In this document: positions 45,571 to 54,851 of the stretch, one piece after another
How the letters are laid out: the number at the start of each line of letters is the position of its first letter
Numbering within the stretch: position 1 is the first letter of the stretch
NCBI GenBank assembly: GCA_021816865.1
Contig: JAKAWX010000002.1
Span: forward strand, 12,110 to 76,109
Direction: 5' to 3'
DNA length: 64,000 nucleotides
From: Thermoplasmata archaeon
GTDB lineage: Archaea; Thermoplasmatota; Thermoplasmata; Lutacidiplasmatales; UBA184
Translations under genes and position numbers: made by a program
The notes under the pieces: model-generated
The model's input: only the letters and a program-made list of their open reading frames with translations
What the model was told of the DNA's origin: nothing
Database searches by the model: none

Positions 45571-46113
45571 TCAGTCGTCGCGCGCGAGCGCCTTCTCGAG
45601 GGCGGCGCGCGCGTCCCGCCGGAACTGGTCGAGCGGTCCCTCGTTCACGAGCATCGCGTCGGCGAGCGTGAACGCATTGCCGATCCCCCACTTGAGTTCC
45701 CGGCGGTCGCGCTCGTAGAACTCCTCGAGACCCGCGCCGTCGTCGCTGCGGCCGCGCGAGGTCATGCGGGCGTGGCGCGTCTCGGGGGACGTGAAGATCG
45801 CGAGGACGAAGAGGTCGCCGAAGTGGTGACGGAAGACGGTGACCTCGCTGTCCGACCGGCAGCCGTCCACGAGCATCCGCGTCTCGGTGAGCTTCGGGAG
45901 CGCGCGCTGCGCCCAGACCGCGGGGCCGTGCTTCTCGCGCTCCTCGGAAGCGATCCGGGCGACGTTCGCGTTCGTGACCGGGAGCCCGCGACGCCGGGTC
46001 TCGTCGCGCACGAGATCCCCCATCTTGAGGGTCGCGAGCCCCATCGACTGGGCGATCCCGACAAGCTCGTCCTTGCCCGAACCGGGCATCCCGACCGTTA
46101 CGATGAGTTTCAT
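45571..46113 (-). CDS. P-loop nucleotide/nucleoside kinase-like ATPase (AAA/UPF0200-like, 180 aa)
   Basis: Walker A at the N-terminus (MKLIVTVGMPGSGKDE) in a short kinase-sized protein. ATGA overlap with the upstream coiled-coil gene. Coordinates are taken from the ORF track. Confidence 0.6.
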   Translation of the reverse strand: MKLIVTVGMPGSGKDELVGIAQSMGLATLKMGDLVRDETRRRGLPVTNANVARIASEEREKHGPAVWAQRALPKLTETRMLVDGCRSDSEVTVFRHHFGDLFVLAIFTSPETRHARMTSRGRSDDGAGLEEFYERDRRELKWGIGNAFTLADAMLVNEGPLDQFRRDARAALEKALARDD

Positions 46114-46739
46114 AGCGTGTGCGGGGGCTCGTCGGGTTCGGCGCTCTTCGCCGACGGCGCGGTCGTTTCGAGGTGGGCGGAGACGTCCTGCTCGGTGACC
46201 AACTGCAGGCGGTCGGCCCGCTGTCGGTAAGACGCGGCCTCCTGTTCCTCGAGGCGCGCGGTCTCGACGTATCGTCCCACCTTGACCTTGAGCTCGGCCG
46301 TCCTCTGCGTCTTGGTCGCGGCCTTGAGCTCGTACGCGCGGGCCTTCTGCTGGCGGTCGACGATCTTCTGCTGGAGCTTGCGCACGCGGTAGTGGAGGTT
46401 CGTGACGTCGGACCCGATCGGCGCTCCGCCCCGGCGGCTGGTCGCCCCCTCGATATCGCGCTCGTGCTGACGCATCTGCTGCTCGATGTCGGGGATCTCG
46501 CCGAGCACCTTCTGGCCCTTCTCCCGAAGGACCGTCGCCTGGTGCCTCAGCTTCTCGATCTTCGTGTTCAGGCGAGAAGCGCGCTGCTGGGCCCGGGCCG
46601 CGGCCTGGTCGTGTTTCGCCGCGATCTCCCGGAGCTTGGTGATGTCGGCGTACTGCTGGCCGATCCACCGGGACTGCCGGGCCGCGAGGGGGCTCGGCGG
46701 CTGGAGCGGCTCGGGAGGAGTGCCTCCGCCGGTCGCCAT
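46110..46739 (-). CDS. Coiled-coil protein (209 aa), function unknown
   Basis: Heptad-rich, Gln/Arg/Lys/Glu-rich sequence (DITKLREIAAKHDQAAARAQQRASRLNTKIEKLRHQATVLREKGQKVL ...). Same strand as, and downstream of, glyS. The six-frame ORF continues upstream in a frame that overlaps glyS, so the ATG at 46739 was chosen. Confidence 0.45.
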   Translation of the reverse strand: MATGGGTPPEPLQPPSPLAARQSRWIGQQYADITKLREIAAKHDQAAARAQQRASRLNTKIEKLRHQATVLREKGQKVLGEIPDIEQQMRQHERDIEGATSRRGGAPIGSDVTNLHYRVRKLQQKIVDRQQKARAYELKAATKTQRTAELKVKVGRYVETARLEEQEAASYRQRADRLQLVTEQDVSAHLETTAPSAKSAEPDEPPHTL

Positions 46740-46798
46740 CGGAGGGGCCTCACCCGACCACGAGTTAAAGAGATTGTCGTGCGCGGGTCGGCTCCGCG

Positions 46799-48304
46799 CT
46801 AGCGTCGGGCGGGCCGAACCACCGCATCCGCCGACCGGAGGCGGTCGACGAGCGCCGTGCGCGCGACACGGTTCTGTTGCCGGGAATCCCGGTCGCGCAG
46901 GGTCACGGTGTCGTGGTTCGGCCCCTCGGCGACGGTCTCGCCGTCGACCGTCACGCAGAACGGCGTCCCGGCCTCGTCCATTCGGGCGTAGCGTTTCCCG
47001 ATGGTGCCGGCGTCGTCGTACCGGACCGAGATTCCGGCGGCCGTGAGCTCGTCGGCGACGCGGAGGGCCACCTCGGCGTGAGCCTTGGGGATCAGCGGGA
47101 AGACCCCGACCGTCACCGGCGCGAGGTACGCGGGAAGCTTCCAGATCGTCCGGTCCCCCTCGCTTGCGATATGGGTGTCCGCGAGCGCCCAGAGGTTGCG
47201 GTCGACACCGAACGTGAGCTCGAGGACGTGCGGGAGGACCTTCCGTCCGTCGGGCCGGGTCACCGAGAGGTCCTTCCCCGACCCCTCCCCGTGCCGACCG
47301 AGGTCGTAGTCCCCGCGGTAGTGGACCGCGCCGAGCTCCTTGAACCCCCCGAGGCTCTCGAGGTGGATCTCGACGTCGAACTGGATCCGGTTGTAGAACG
47401 CCCGCTCCCGCTCGGATTTCTCGAACAGGCGGATCCGGTCCGCCGGGTAGGCGAGAACGTCCCGGTAGAACCGGTACGTGTGCACCAGGTGGAAGACATA
47501 GAACTCGGGGAGGTCTCCCGCGGACACGAGGTCGGCGGCCGAGACCCACTCGGGGCTCTCCGCGCCGGACTCCCTCCGGGCGGCCCGTAAGACGGGCAGT
47601 CGTTCGTCGCGCACCCGGTCGAACGGCACCGGAAAGCCCGCCGGGTCGAAGAAGATCTGAAGCTCCGCTTGCGTGAACGCCCGCATCCGGAACAGGACCT
47701 GGCGCGGGGCGATCTCGTTGCGGTAGACCCAGCCGATGACCGCGACCCCGAGCGGTAAGGCGCGGCGGCCGACGTCCCACATCCGTGCGAACGCGAGGTA
47801 GCTGTTCTGGGCGGTCTCGGGGCGGAGGTACGCCCGTTCCGTGCCGGCGACGCCGAAGTCCACGCCGAACATGAGGCTGAACGGGCGCGGGACGCTGAGC
47901 GCCGTCGAGCCGCATCGCGGGCACGTGACCCCGCGGTCGCGGACCATCGCCCCGATCTCGGCGGGCGTGAGGCCGTCGACGCCCTCGGGCCGGACCTTCT
48001 CGAGGACGGTGTCCGCGCGGAACGAGGTGTGGCACTGGTCGCACACCACTTCGGGGTCGGTGAAGTTCTCGAGGTGGCCCGAGGCGCGGACGACCGCCTC
48101 GGGGAGGAGCTCGGCAGGGTCGATGAGGTAGTAGTCGTGGGAGAGCCCGACGAACCACGCGGTCCACGCCCGCTCCAGCCGCTGCTTGAGCGCCGCCCCT
48201 AGGGGACCGTAATCGTAGAGCCCCTGAGCGCCTCCGTAGATCTCCGCCGTCGGCCAGAGCACGCCGCGGCGACGCAGCAGCGCGTACAGTTCGTCGCTCT
48301 TCAT
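46799..48304 (-). CDS. glyS: Glycine--tRNA ligase (archaeal/eukaryotic alpha2 type)
   Basis: Class II aaRS motifs and GlyRS pattern: EIYGGAQGLYDYGPLGA, a CxxC...CPRCG zinc motif, FRNEI-like VYRNEIAPRQVLFRMRAFTQAELQIF, and a C-terminal anticodon-binding domain. 501 aa from the ATG at 48304. Confidence 0.85.
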   Translation of the reverse strand: MKSDELYALLRRRGVLWPTAEIYGGAQGLYDYGPLGAALKQRLERAWTAWFVGLSHDYYLIDPAELLPEAVVRASGHLENFTDPEVVCDQCHTSFRADTVLEKVRPEGVDGLTPAEIGAMVRDRGVTCPRCGSTALSVPRPFSLMFGVDFGVAGTERAYLRPETAQNSYLAFARMWDVGRRALPLGVAVIGWVYRNEIAPRQVLFRMRAFTQAELQIFFDPAGFPVPFDRVRDERLPVLRAARRESGAESPEWVSAADLVSAGDLPEFYVFHLVHTYRFYRDVLAYPADRIRLFEKSERERAFYNRIQFDVEIHLESLGGFKELGAVHYRGDYDLGRHGEGSGKDLSVTRPDGRKVLPHVLELTFGVDRNLWALADTHIASEGDRTIWKLPAYLAPVTVGVFPLIPKAHAEVALRVADELTAAGISVRYDDAGTIGKRYARMDEAGTPFCVTVDGETVAEGPNHDTVTLRDRDSRQQNRVARTALVDRLRSADAVVRPARR

Positions 48305-49416
48305 CGTCCCGTGCGCGTCCGAGGGCTCCCCGGCTCGCCCCGGACCATAAGGTGTTCGGTCGTGCGCGTGACGACCTGGTAGGCCGGGTCGCCCGGGGGG
48401 AGCCGGAGCACGAGCGGGCGTGCCGGGGAGCCGGGGGCAATGCGCGCCGCCGCCGGCTCGCCGAGCCATCGCCAAGGCTCGACGAGCGCCGAGCGAGCGA
48501 GGAACTCGGCCGAGACCGGGCGTCGACGCAGGCGCGTCGCGACGTACGCGAACTCGAGCTCGCGCCAGATCGACGGGGCGTGGAACATCGCGTTGTCCGT
48601 CCCGAGGAGCACCGCGAGGCCGAGCCGTTCCATCGCCGCGAGGTCCGGCTGACGGCCGAAGAGAGCGTTCGACCGGGGACAGACGACGACCGGCACTCGT
48701 TCGTCCCGGACCCGAACGAGGTCGTCCCGAGTGGCCCGCGCGAGGTGCACGACGAGGTCGGGCCGCGGGTTGAGGTAGCTTTCGGGGTCTTCGCGGACCG
48801 CCTCGCTCGCGTGGAGCGCGTAGAACTTCCCGGCGCGGCGGCACGCCGCGGCGACGCGTCGGCGGTCGGTGTCGGACTCGTCGCGGGCGCTCGAGAGCCC
48901 GATGCCGTCGGCCACGCGCAGGAGGTCGGCGAGCTCCCGGGAGTCGACCGGACGCGCGACCGGCCGCCCGAGCGAGAGCGCTCGGATCCGAACCCCGCGG
49001 GCGGCGTCCCGGAGGAGCTTGACACCCCCACGGCCCTCCTCGCGGAAATCGATCGTCGCCGCCACCCCCTCCTGGACCATCCGCTCGAGGGCGGCGCGGA
49101 TCGCGGCGATCTTCTCCGCGCGTGAGGCGCGCTCGAGCAGCCGGAACTTGTAGCCGTGCGGCGGGCGGACGAGCGTCGCGACCGACCCGTGGGGAGGCTC
49201 GACGGACGAGACCGCGTCCCCGAGATGCGTGTGCGCGTTCACGGGGGACGGCACGACGATGCCCCGGAGCCGATTCTCGCGTCCCCGGGTGCTGTCGGTT
49301 CCCGGGCTCCCGACCTCAACCACCCGACCCCCGCGCAGGCGGACGTACGCGGGTCGGATGCCGTCGATATCGAGGACCGCCCCTTCGACCAGCATGACCG
49401 CCGCCGTCCGAGGCAT
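48301..49416 (-). CDS. Amidohydrolase-superfamily deaminase (chlorohydrolase / MTA-SAH deaminase-like)
   Basis: Metal-binding HTH motif in VNAHTHLGD, HASE, and LLGTDNAMFHAPSIW near the C-terminus. ATGA overlap with the glyS start. Confidence 0.7.
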   Translation of the reverse strand: MPRTAAVMLVEGAVLDIDGIRPAYVRLRGGRVVEVGSPGTDSTRGRENRLRGIVVPSPVNAHTHLGDAVSSVEPPHGSVATLVRPPHGYKFRLLERASRAEKIAAIRAALERMVQEGVAATIDFREEGRGGVKLLRDAARGVRIRALSLGRPVARPVDSRELADLLRVADGIGLSSARDESDTDRRRVAAACRRAGKFYALHASEAVREDPESYLNPRPDLVVHLARATRDDLVRVRDERVPVVVCPRSNALFGRQPDLAAMERLGLAVLLGTDNAMFHAPSIWRELEFAYVATRLRRRPVSAEFLARSALVEPWRWLGEPAAARIAPGSPARPLVLRLPPGDPAYQVVTRTTEHLMVRGEPGSPRTRTGR

Positions 49417-49490
49417 CGGCCCCCTTAAGGCCGAGCCCGATCCCGCCCCGAACCGCTAAGCGGCCCGGCGATTCGGGGACTTCGGGCACG

Positions 49491-50366
49491 ATGACCGCAC
49501 GACCGACCGACCCGCCCCGCGACCTCCTCGTTTCCGGGCACGTGAACGTCGACCGATTCCTATCGGTTCGCGCGTTCCCGCTGGCCGACCGGACCGTCCC
49601 GGTGGTCCGGAACCGGACGGAGCTTGGAGGGACCGCGTCGAACCTCGCGCGTGTCGCGTCGGCCTACGGGGTAGCGAGCGGCCTGGTCGCGCGCGTCGGC
49701 GAGGGTTTCCCGGCCGAGTTCCGGCGTCGCCTCGAGCGCGCGGGGATCGACCTCCGGGGACTTGTATCGGTCCCCGGGCGGCCGACACCCACCTGCTTCA
49801 TCGTCGAGGACCGCAAGGGCGGCCAGCGGACGCTGATCGACCAGGGACCGATGGCGGACACGGCCCACGCGGCGCTCCCCGGTGACTGGATTCGGGAGTA
49901 CAGCTGGGTCCATCTCACGACGGGTGATCCCGACTTCCAGCTCCGCCTCGCCCGACGGGCTCGCGCCTCGGGACTCCACGTCGCGGCCGACCCGGCGCAG
50001 GAGATCCACTACCGCTGGGACCGCCGCCGTTTCGCGGCCCTGCTCGGAGAGTGCGAGCTCCTGTTCGGCAACCGCTCCGAGATTGCGCGAGCCCTCGGGC
50101 TCGCCGGGACCCGCTCGCTCGATCGCCTTCTCGACCGGGTCCCGCTCGTCGTGAGGACCGAGGGTCGCGCCGGCGCCTCGGCGTTCTCCCGGGCCGGACG
50201 CGAGCATGTCCCTTCGGTCCGTCCGAGGAGCCCCCGGACGCTCGTCGGCGCGGGCGACGCGTTCCGCGGTGGGTTCTACGCAGCCTTTTTTGGCGGCCGC
50301 CCGATGAGGGAGTGCCTGACCGCCGGCGCCCGAGCCTCCGCGGCTTGGATCGACGGACCCGGTTAG
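49491..50366 (+). CDS. PfkB-family carbohydrate/nucleoside kinase
   Basis: Ribokinase-like pattern: N-terminal GHVNVDRF, and a C-terminal GAGDAFRGGF anion-hole motif. Confidence 0.7.
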   Translation: MTARPTDPPRDLLVSGHVNVDRFLSVRAFPLADRTVPVVRNRTELGGTASNLARVASAYGVASGLVARVGEGFPAEFRRRLERAGIDLRGLVSVPGRPTPTCFIVEDRKGGQRTLIDQGPMADTAHAALPGDWIREYSWVHLTTGDPDFQLRLARRARASGLHVAADPAQEIHYRWDRRRFAALLGECELLFGNRSEIARALGLAGTRSLDRLLDRVPLVVRTEGRAGASAFSRAGREHVPSVRPRSPRTLVGAGDAFRGGFYAAFFGGRPMRECLTAGARASAAWIDGPG

Positions 50367-50379
50367 GGAGGGAGCGCTC

Positions 50380-51627
50380 GTGGAGATGCATGCGTTCGGC
50401 CGCCTTACGGAGGTCGACGTCGCGCGCCGCCGGCTTCTCTCCGCCGCCCGACCGGTACGACGCACCGAGACTCTGCCCGTCACCGAGGCGTTCGGACGCG
50501 TCGCGGCGGCGACGATCCGAGCTCCGTTCCCGGTACCGTCGTTCGCGCGCACGACCTGGGACGGCTACGCCGTTCGGTCGAAGGACACCACCGCGGTCGG
50601 GCCCGGGCACCCGGTTTCGCTGCGGATCGTCGGGGAGGTCTTCGCCGAGCAGGCGTATCCCGGACGGCTCGGCGCCGGGGAGACGGTCGCGATCGCGACC
50701 GGGGGAGCGATCCCTGCGGGTGCCGACGCCGTCGTCATCTTCGAGGAAGTCGAACGGACGGAAGGGTCGATCGTCGTCCGTCGCCCCATCCCGCCCGGGG
50801 ACCGCATCAGCCGACCCGGCCACGACTTCCCCCGCGGCTCGGTGCTGGTGCGCCAGGGCACGGAGCTCTCGGCGACCGCGCTCGGCACGCTCGCCGCGTG
50901 CGGAGTTCCGACCGTGGCGGTCTACGCCCGGCCGGTCGTGGCGGTCGTGCCCAACGGCAACGAACTGCTCGTCCCCGGCGTTCCGCCGCGGACCGGTATG
51001 ATCTTCGAGAGCAACAACGCGACGATCGCCGCCGTCGTCACCGCCGCGGGCGGGATCCCCCGGCTCTCGGACCCGGTCCCGGACGACCCCGCGGTGATCG
51101 AACGGGCGATCCGCGCCGCGCTCGACTCCTCCGACCTGGTCCTCGCGACCGGTGGGAGCTCGGTCGGCGAGCGGGACCACCTGCCCCGGATCCTTCCTCG
51201 CTTGGGGACCCTCCTCTTCCACGGGGTCGCCGTCCGTGCCGGCAAGCCGACGCTCGCCGCCCGAGTGGGCGACAAGCTCGTGGTGGGCCTTCCCGGTCAC
51301 CCGACATCGTGCCTGGCGAACATGTACTGGCTCCTCCTGCCCGTGCTCCGGAAGATCGCCCGGCGTGCCGGTCCCGGATTCACCGAAGGGTGGGCGGTCC
51401 TGGGCCACGACGCGATGGCGCCGTCCCCCGGCCTGTCCACGATCGTGCCCCTACGGTTCGAGAACGGTCGAGCCTACTCTACGTTCCGGGGCTCGTCGAT
51501 CATCACGAGCCTCTCGGGAGCGACGGCGTTCGCGATGCTGCCGCCCGGACGGCGGGTCGTGCGCGCGGGGACGAGGATCCGGGTCTACCACCTCGACCCT
51601 CCGCTCGGTACCGTACGCCCGGAGTGA
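50380..51627 (+). CDS. moeA: Molybdopterin molybdotransferase MoeA
   Basis: MoeA pattern: IATGGAIPAGADAVV, LATGGSSVGERDH, GLPGHPTSCLA. Confidence 0.8.
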   Translation: MEMHAFGRLTEVDVARRRLLSAARPVRRTETLPVTEAFGRVAAATIRAPFPVPSFARTTWDGYAVRSKDTTAVGPGHPVSLRIVGEVFAEQAYPGRLGAGETVAIATGGAIPAGADAVVIFEEVERTEGSIVVRRPIPPGDRISRPGHDFPRGSVLVRQGTELSATALGTLAACGVPTVAVYARPVVAVVPNGNELLVPGVPPRTGMIFESNNATIAAVVTAAGGIPRLSDPVPDDPAVIERAIRAALDSSDLVLATGGSSVGERDHLPRILPRLGTLLFHGVAVRAGKPTLAARVGDKLVVGLPGHPTSCLANMYWLLLPVLRKIARRAGPGFTEGWAVLGHDAMAPSPGLSTIVPLRFENGRAYSTFRGSSIITSLSGATAFAMLPPGRRVVRAGTRIRVYHLDPPLGTVRPE

Positions 51628-51679
51628 CCCGGACCCGGTGCGACGACAACGGTTAAGCGCCCCGGACGGCTCGTCCGGC

Positions 51680-52510
51680 GTGGCCCGCCGAGACCTCGGG
51701 GTCGCGATCCTGTCGATCGAAGGGACGAACAACGACGAGGAGCTGTTCGTCGCGCTCTGCGAGCTCGGAGCGAGCCCCGAGATCGTCCACCTCAAGCAAC
51801 TCGAAGGCCGGGACGTGACGCGGGAGGAGCGCCGCCGGCTCAACGATTACCGGGTCCTTTTTTTGCCCGGCGGATTCTCCGCCGGCGATTACGTCCGGGC
51901 GGGCGCGATCTTCGCGGCGCGCCTGCGGGCGTCGATCGGGGCCGAGCTGGAAGAGTTCGTGCGGTCGGGGCGGCTCGTGGGCGGGATCTGCAACGGTTTC
52001 CAGGTGCTGACGGAGCTCGGCCTCCTGCCCGGACGCCCCGGCGGCCGCCTCGGTGCCCCGGAGGCGGCCCTGATGACGAACGACAGCGGACGATACGAGT
52101 GCCGTCCGACGTTCCTCGCGTGGGACGGCGGACGGTTTCCGGCGCTGGAGGGCGTGCCCAAGGGCACGCGGTACCTCTTCCCGTCCGGCCACGCGGAGGG
52201 GAAGCTCGTCTTGGGCGGCGACGCGGACGCGCACCGCCGTCGTTTGGAGGAGAACGGTCAGGTCCTCTTCCGTTGGGTCGCGCCGGACGGACGGCCGGCG
52301 ACGTACCCGTGGAACCCGAACGGTTCGGCGGGGAACATCGCCGGGCTCACGAACCCGGAAGGGAACGTCTTCGGCCTGATGCCGCACCCCGAGCGAGCGC
52401 TCGACCGGGCGCAGGCACCGGACTGGACGCGGAGCGGTTCGTCGGCGGGGTACGGGGACGGGGAGAAGTTCCTCCGCGCGGTCCTCGACTACGCCGAGCG
52501 CCACCGTTAG
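51680..52510 (+). CDS. purQ: Phosphoribosylformylglycinamidine synthase subunit PurQ (glutaminase)
   Basis: Class-I GATase with VAILSIEGTNNDEE, catalytic Cys in GGICNGFQVL, and HPER near the C-terminus. GTG start at 51680. Confidence 0.8.
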   Translation: MARRDLGVAILSIEGTNNDEELFVALCELGASPEIVHLKQLEGRDVTREERRRLNDYRVLFLPGGFSAGDYVRAGAIFAARLRASIGAELEEFVRSGRLVGGICNGFQVLTELGLLPGRPGGRLGAPEAALMTNDSGRYECRPTFLAWDGGRFPALEGVPKGTRYLFPSGHAEGKLVLGGDADAHRRRLEENGQVLFRWVAPDGRPATYPWNPNGSAGNIAGLTNPEGNVFGLMPHPERALDRAQAPDWTRSGSSAGYGDGEKFLRAVLDYAERHR

Positions 52511-53150
52511 CCCGCCGGGTCGGGGCCCGGCCGATCCGGTCGGCGACATCGAGCCGCCAGACGTCGAGCCGCTCGCCTTCGAGCGATCGCGAGGCGACCA
52601 CACTCCGTCGTCCCCCCGCCGCACGCCAGGCGTCGGCGAGGCCGACGAGCGCGGAGGCGTCCTGCACCGTAGAGACGACCACGTACGCCTCCCCGCGGGG
52701 GGCGAGGTGATCGGGCAGGTCGTGGAACAGGCGGGCGAGCACCCGGCAGCCGTCCGGGCCCCCGTCGAGGGCGAGGCTCGTCCACGGGTCGGGGTCCCGT
52801 TCCTCGGGCTGCGTCGGGAGGTACGGGGGGTTCGCGAGCACCCGGTCGAACCGACCGAGGCCGCGGGCAAGGTCCGTGCGCACGCAGTCGAGGTCGAGAC
52901 CTTCGGACCGCGCGGCCTCCCGCAGCCGCGCGAGGGCCCGCGGGTTCCGGTCGGTCGCCACGACGCGCGCTCCCGCGCGCCCGGCCGCGATCGCGGCGAT
53001 CCCCGAACCCGCGCCGACCTCGAGCACACGCGTTCCCGGAGCGACCGCTGCGAACGGGAGCAGAAGGAACGAATCCTCGCGCGGCGGGTAGACCGAGGGG
53101 GTCTCGCCCCGAGAGCCTCGCCGCTCCGCGGGTGTGCGAATCCGATGCAT
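52347..53150 (-). CDS. HemK/Mtq2-family protein N5-glutamine methyltransferase-like
   Basis: VYPPREDSFLLL, GxGxG SAM motif (VLEVGAGSGIAAI), and the NPPY catalytic motif (VLANPPYLP). ATG at 53150. The C-terminal Arg/Pro/Ser-rich tail overlaps the purQ 3' end by ~164 nt. Confidence 0.7.
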   Translation of the reverse strand: MHRIRTPAERRGSRGETPSVYPPREDSFLLLPFAAVAPGTRVLEVGAGSGIAAIAAGRAGARVVATDRNPRALARLREAARSEGLDLDCVRTDLARGLGRFDRVLANPPYLPTQPEERDPDPWTSLALDGGPDGCRVLARLFHDLPDHLAPRGEAYVVVSTVQDASALVGLADAWRAAGGRRSVVASRSLEGERLDVWRLDVADRIGRAPTRRANGGARRSRGPRGGTSPRPRTPPTNRSASSPVPAPGRALARGAASGRRRSLPGS

Positions 53151-53220
53151 GGTCGCTTCGGGGCGCGATGCCTTCTTATTCGCCCCCCGCCTAGAAGAGG
53201 CGCTTACGCACTTATTCTCC

Positions 53221-53778
53221 ATGCCTCGACGTCTCTCTCCTCCGGTCAAGATCGGCATCACGGGTCTGCCCGGGGCCGGAAAGACCCAGACGCTCCTGCG
53301 GATCGTCCAGCTCCTCGAGGAGGAGGGCGTGACCGTCGGGGGGATGGTCACGGAGCCGATCGTCGAGAAGCAGCGACGCACCGGATTCCGGATCACGAAC
53401 TGGCTCACGAAGGAGCACGCGGTCTTCGCGCACGAGGGGCTCAAGTCGCGCGTGAAGTCCGGTCGCTACGGCGTCAACCTCGCCGCGCTCGAGGACCTTG
53501 GCACCCGCGCGCTCGCCCAGGCGCGCGAGTCCGCCGACGTGATCGTGATCGACGAGGTCGGGAAGATGGAGGTCGAGAGCGACGTCTTCACCCAGGCGGT
53601 CACCGAGACCCTCGACGCGAAGAAGTCGATCGTGATGACGCTCCACAAGAAATCGCGCAACCCTTTGCTCCAGGATATTCGACGGAGGGACGAGCTACGC
53701 CTGCTCGAGGTGACGCCGGTCAACAAGAACCTCCTCGCGTTCAAGATCGTCTATCTGATCACGGGTCGGGCGCACTAG
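53221..53778 (+). CDS. Nucleoside-triphosphatase THEP1-like (AAA NTPase, 185 aa)
   Basis: Walker A GITGLPGAGKT, Walker B VIVIDEVGKME. Size typical of the family. Confidence 0.7.
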   Translation: MPRRLSPPVKIGITGLPGAGKTQTLLRIVQLLEEEGVTVGGMVTEPIVEKQRRTGFRITNWLTKEHAVFAHEGLKSRVKSGRYGVNLAALEDLGTRALAQARESADVIVIDEVGKMEVESDVFTQAVTETLDAKKSIVMTLHKKSRNPLLQDIRRRDELRLLEVTPVNKNLLAFKIVYLITGRAH

Positions 53779-53807
53779 TCCGGGGCCGCGAAGGGGCGAC
53801 GGACCTA

Positions 53808-54851
53808 ATGCTCCCCGCCGTCCGGGGCGGCCCGGGCCCGCGGAAGCGCTCGGCGGTCTTCTACAACCCCGCGATGGCCGCCGATCGCGACCTCGCGGTC
53901 GCGTTCGTCGGGGCGCTCGCGCGCGTTCGCCCGGCCCCCAGGACCGGCTGGGAGATGCTCGCCGCGACCGGCGCGCGAGGCCTGCGGCTGGTCGAGGAGA
54001 CGGGCGCGTTCGGTGCGTTCGTGCTGACGGAGGCGAACCCCGAAGCGTTTCGGGTCCTCTCGGCGAACGCCCGGGGCCGGCCCGGGGTGACCGTCCATGC
54101 GTCCGACGCGCGCTCGGCGGTCCCCGGAGGGCCGTTCGACTACGTCGACCTCGACCCCTACGGAACGCCCGTGCCGTTCGTCCGGACGGCGCTCGATGCG
54201 GTGGCGACGGGCGGCGTGCTGGGCGTGACGGCGACCGACATGATGGTGCTCGCGGGCGCGCAGCCGGCCGCGTGCGAACGACGCTACGGCGCCCACCCCG
54301 TGCGCGGCCGTCTCGGTCCCGAGGGCGGGCTACGGATCCTGCTCGCGTTCCTCGCGCGGTCGGCGGACGAGCGCGGTCGCTCCGTCCGTCCGCTCTTCGC
54401 CTACGTACGGGGCCATCACGTCCGCGCGTACCTCGAACTGCGCGACGGGCACGGTATCGCCCCCGTCGGCGCGATCGTTCCCGAGACCTGGTCGGGTCCA
54501 CCGCTCGGTGGCGGAGCGCCGGTCGGGCCGCTCTGGCTCGGTCCGCTCTTCGACGCCGAACTCGTCGCCGCCCTCGAGGTCCCGCGGACGGCGGCCCGGC
54601 CCCGGGAGGTCGCGACGTTCCTCGAGCGGGTGCGGGCAGAGTCGACCGTCGACGTGCCGTTCTACTACGAACCGAACACGCTCGCACGGGCGACGGGCGT
54701 TCTCCGTCCGCCCGCGTTGGCGTCGCTCATCGAGGTGCTCGCAGCCCGAGGGTACCGGGCCGGGAGGACTCACGCCCGACCCGAAGGGTTCCGCACCGAC
54801 GCGGACCGCACGGTGGTCGCCGAGGTCGTCCGGGCGCTCGGCCGCGGCTAA
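53808..54851 (+). CDS. trm1: tRNA (guanine(26)-N2)-dimethyltransferase Trm1
   Basis: Trm1 pattern (FYNPAMAADRDLAV ... DYVDLDPYGTP ... GVTATDMMVLAG). 347 aa from the ATG at 53808. The six-frame ORF extends far upstream in junk. Confidence 0.8.
   Translation: MLPAVRGGPGPRKRSAVFYNPAMAADRDLAVAFVGALARVRPAPRTGWEMLAATGARGLRLVEETGAFGAFVLTEANPEAFRVLSANARGRPGVTVHASDARSAVPGGPFDYVDLDPYGTPVPFVRTALDAVATGGVLGVTATDMMVLAGAQPAACERRYGAHPVRGRLGPEGGLRILLAFLARSADERGRSVRPLFAYVRGHHVRAYLELRDGHGIAPVGAIVPETWSGPPLGGGAPVGPLWLGPLFDAELVAALEVPRTAARPREVATFLERVRAESTVDVPFYYEPNTLARATGVLRPPALASLIEVLAARGYRAGRTHARPEGFRTDADRTVVAEVVRALGRG

Noticed and set aside
46110-49031. 973-aa ORF spanning glyS in a different frame
   Set aside because: Only the C-terminal 209 aa (the coiled-coil protein from the ATG at 46739) look real. 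The upstream part is junk overlapping glyS, which is clearly encoded in another frame.
52707-54851. 714-aa ORF upstream of and including trm1
   Set aside because: Only the last 347 aa match Trm1. The upstream part overlaps the Mtq2 and THEP1 genes as low-complexity sequence.
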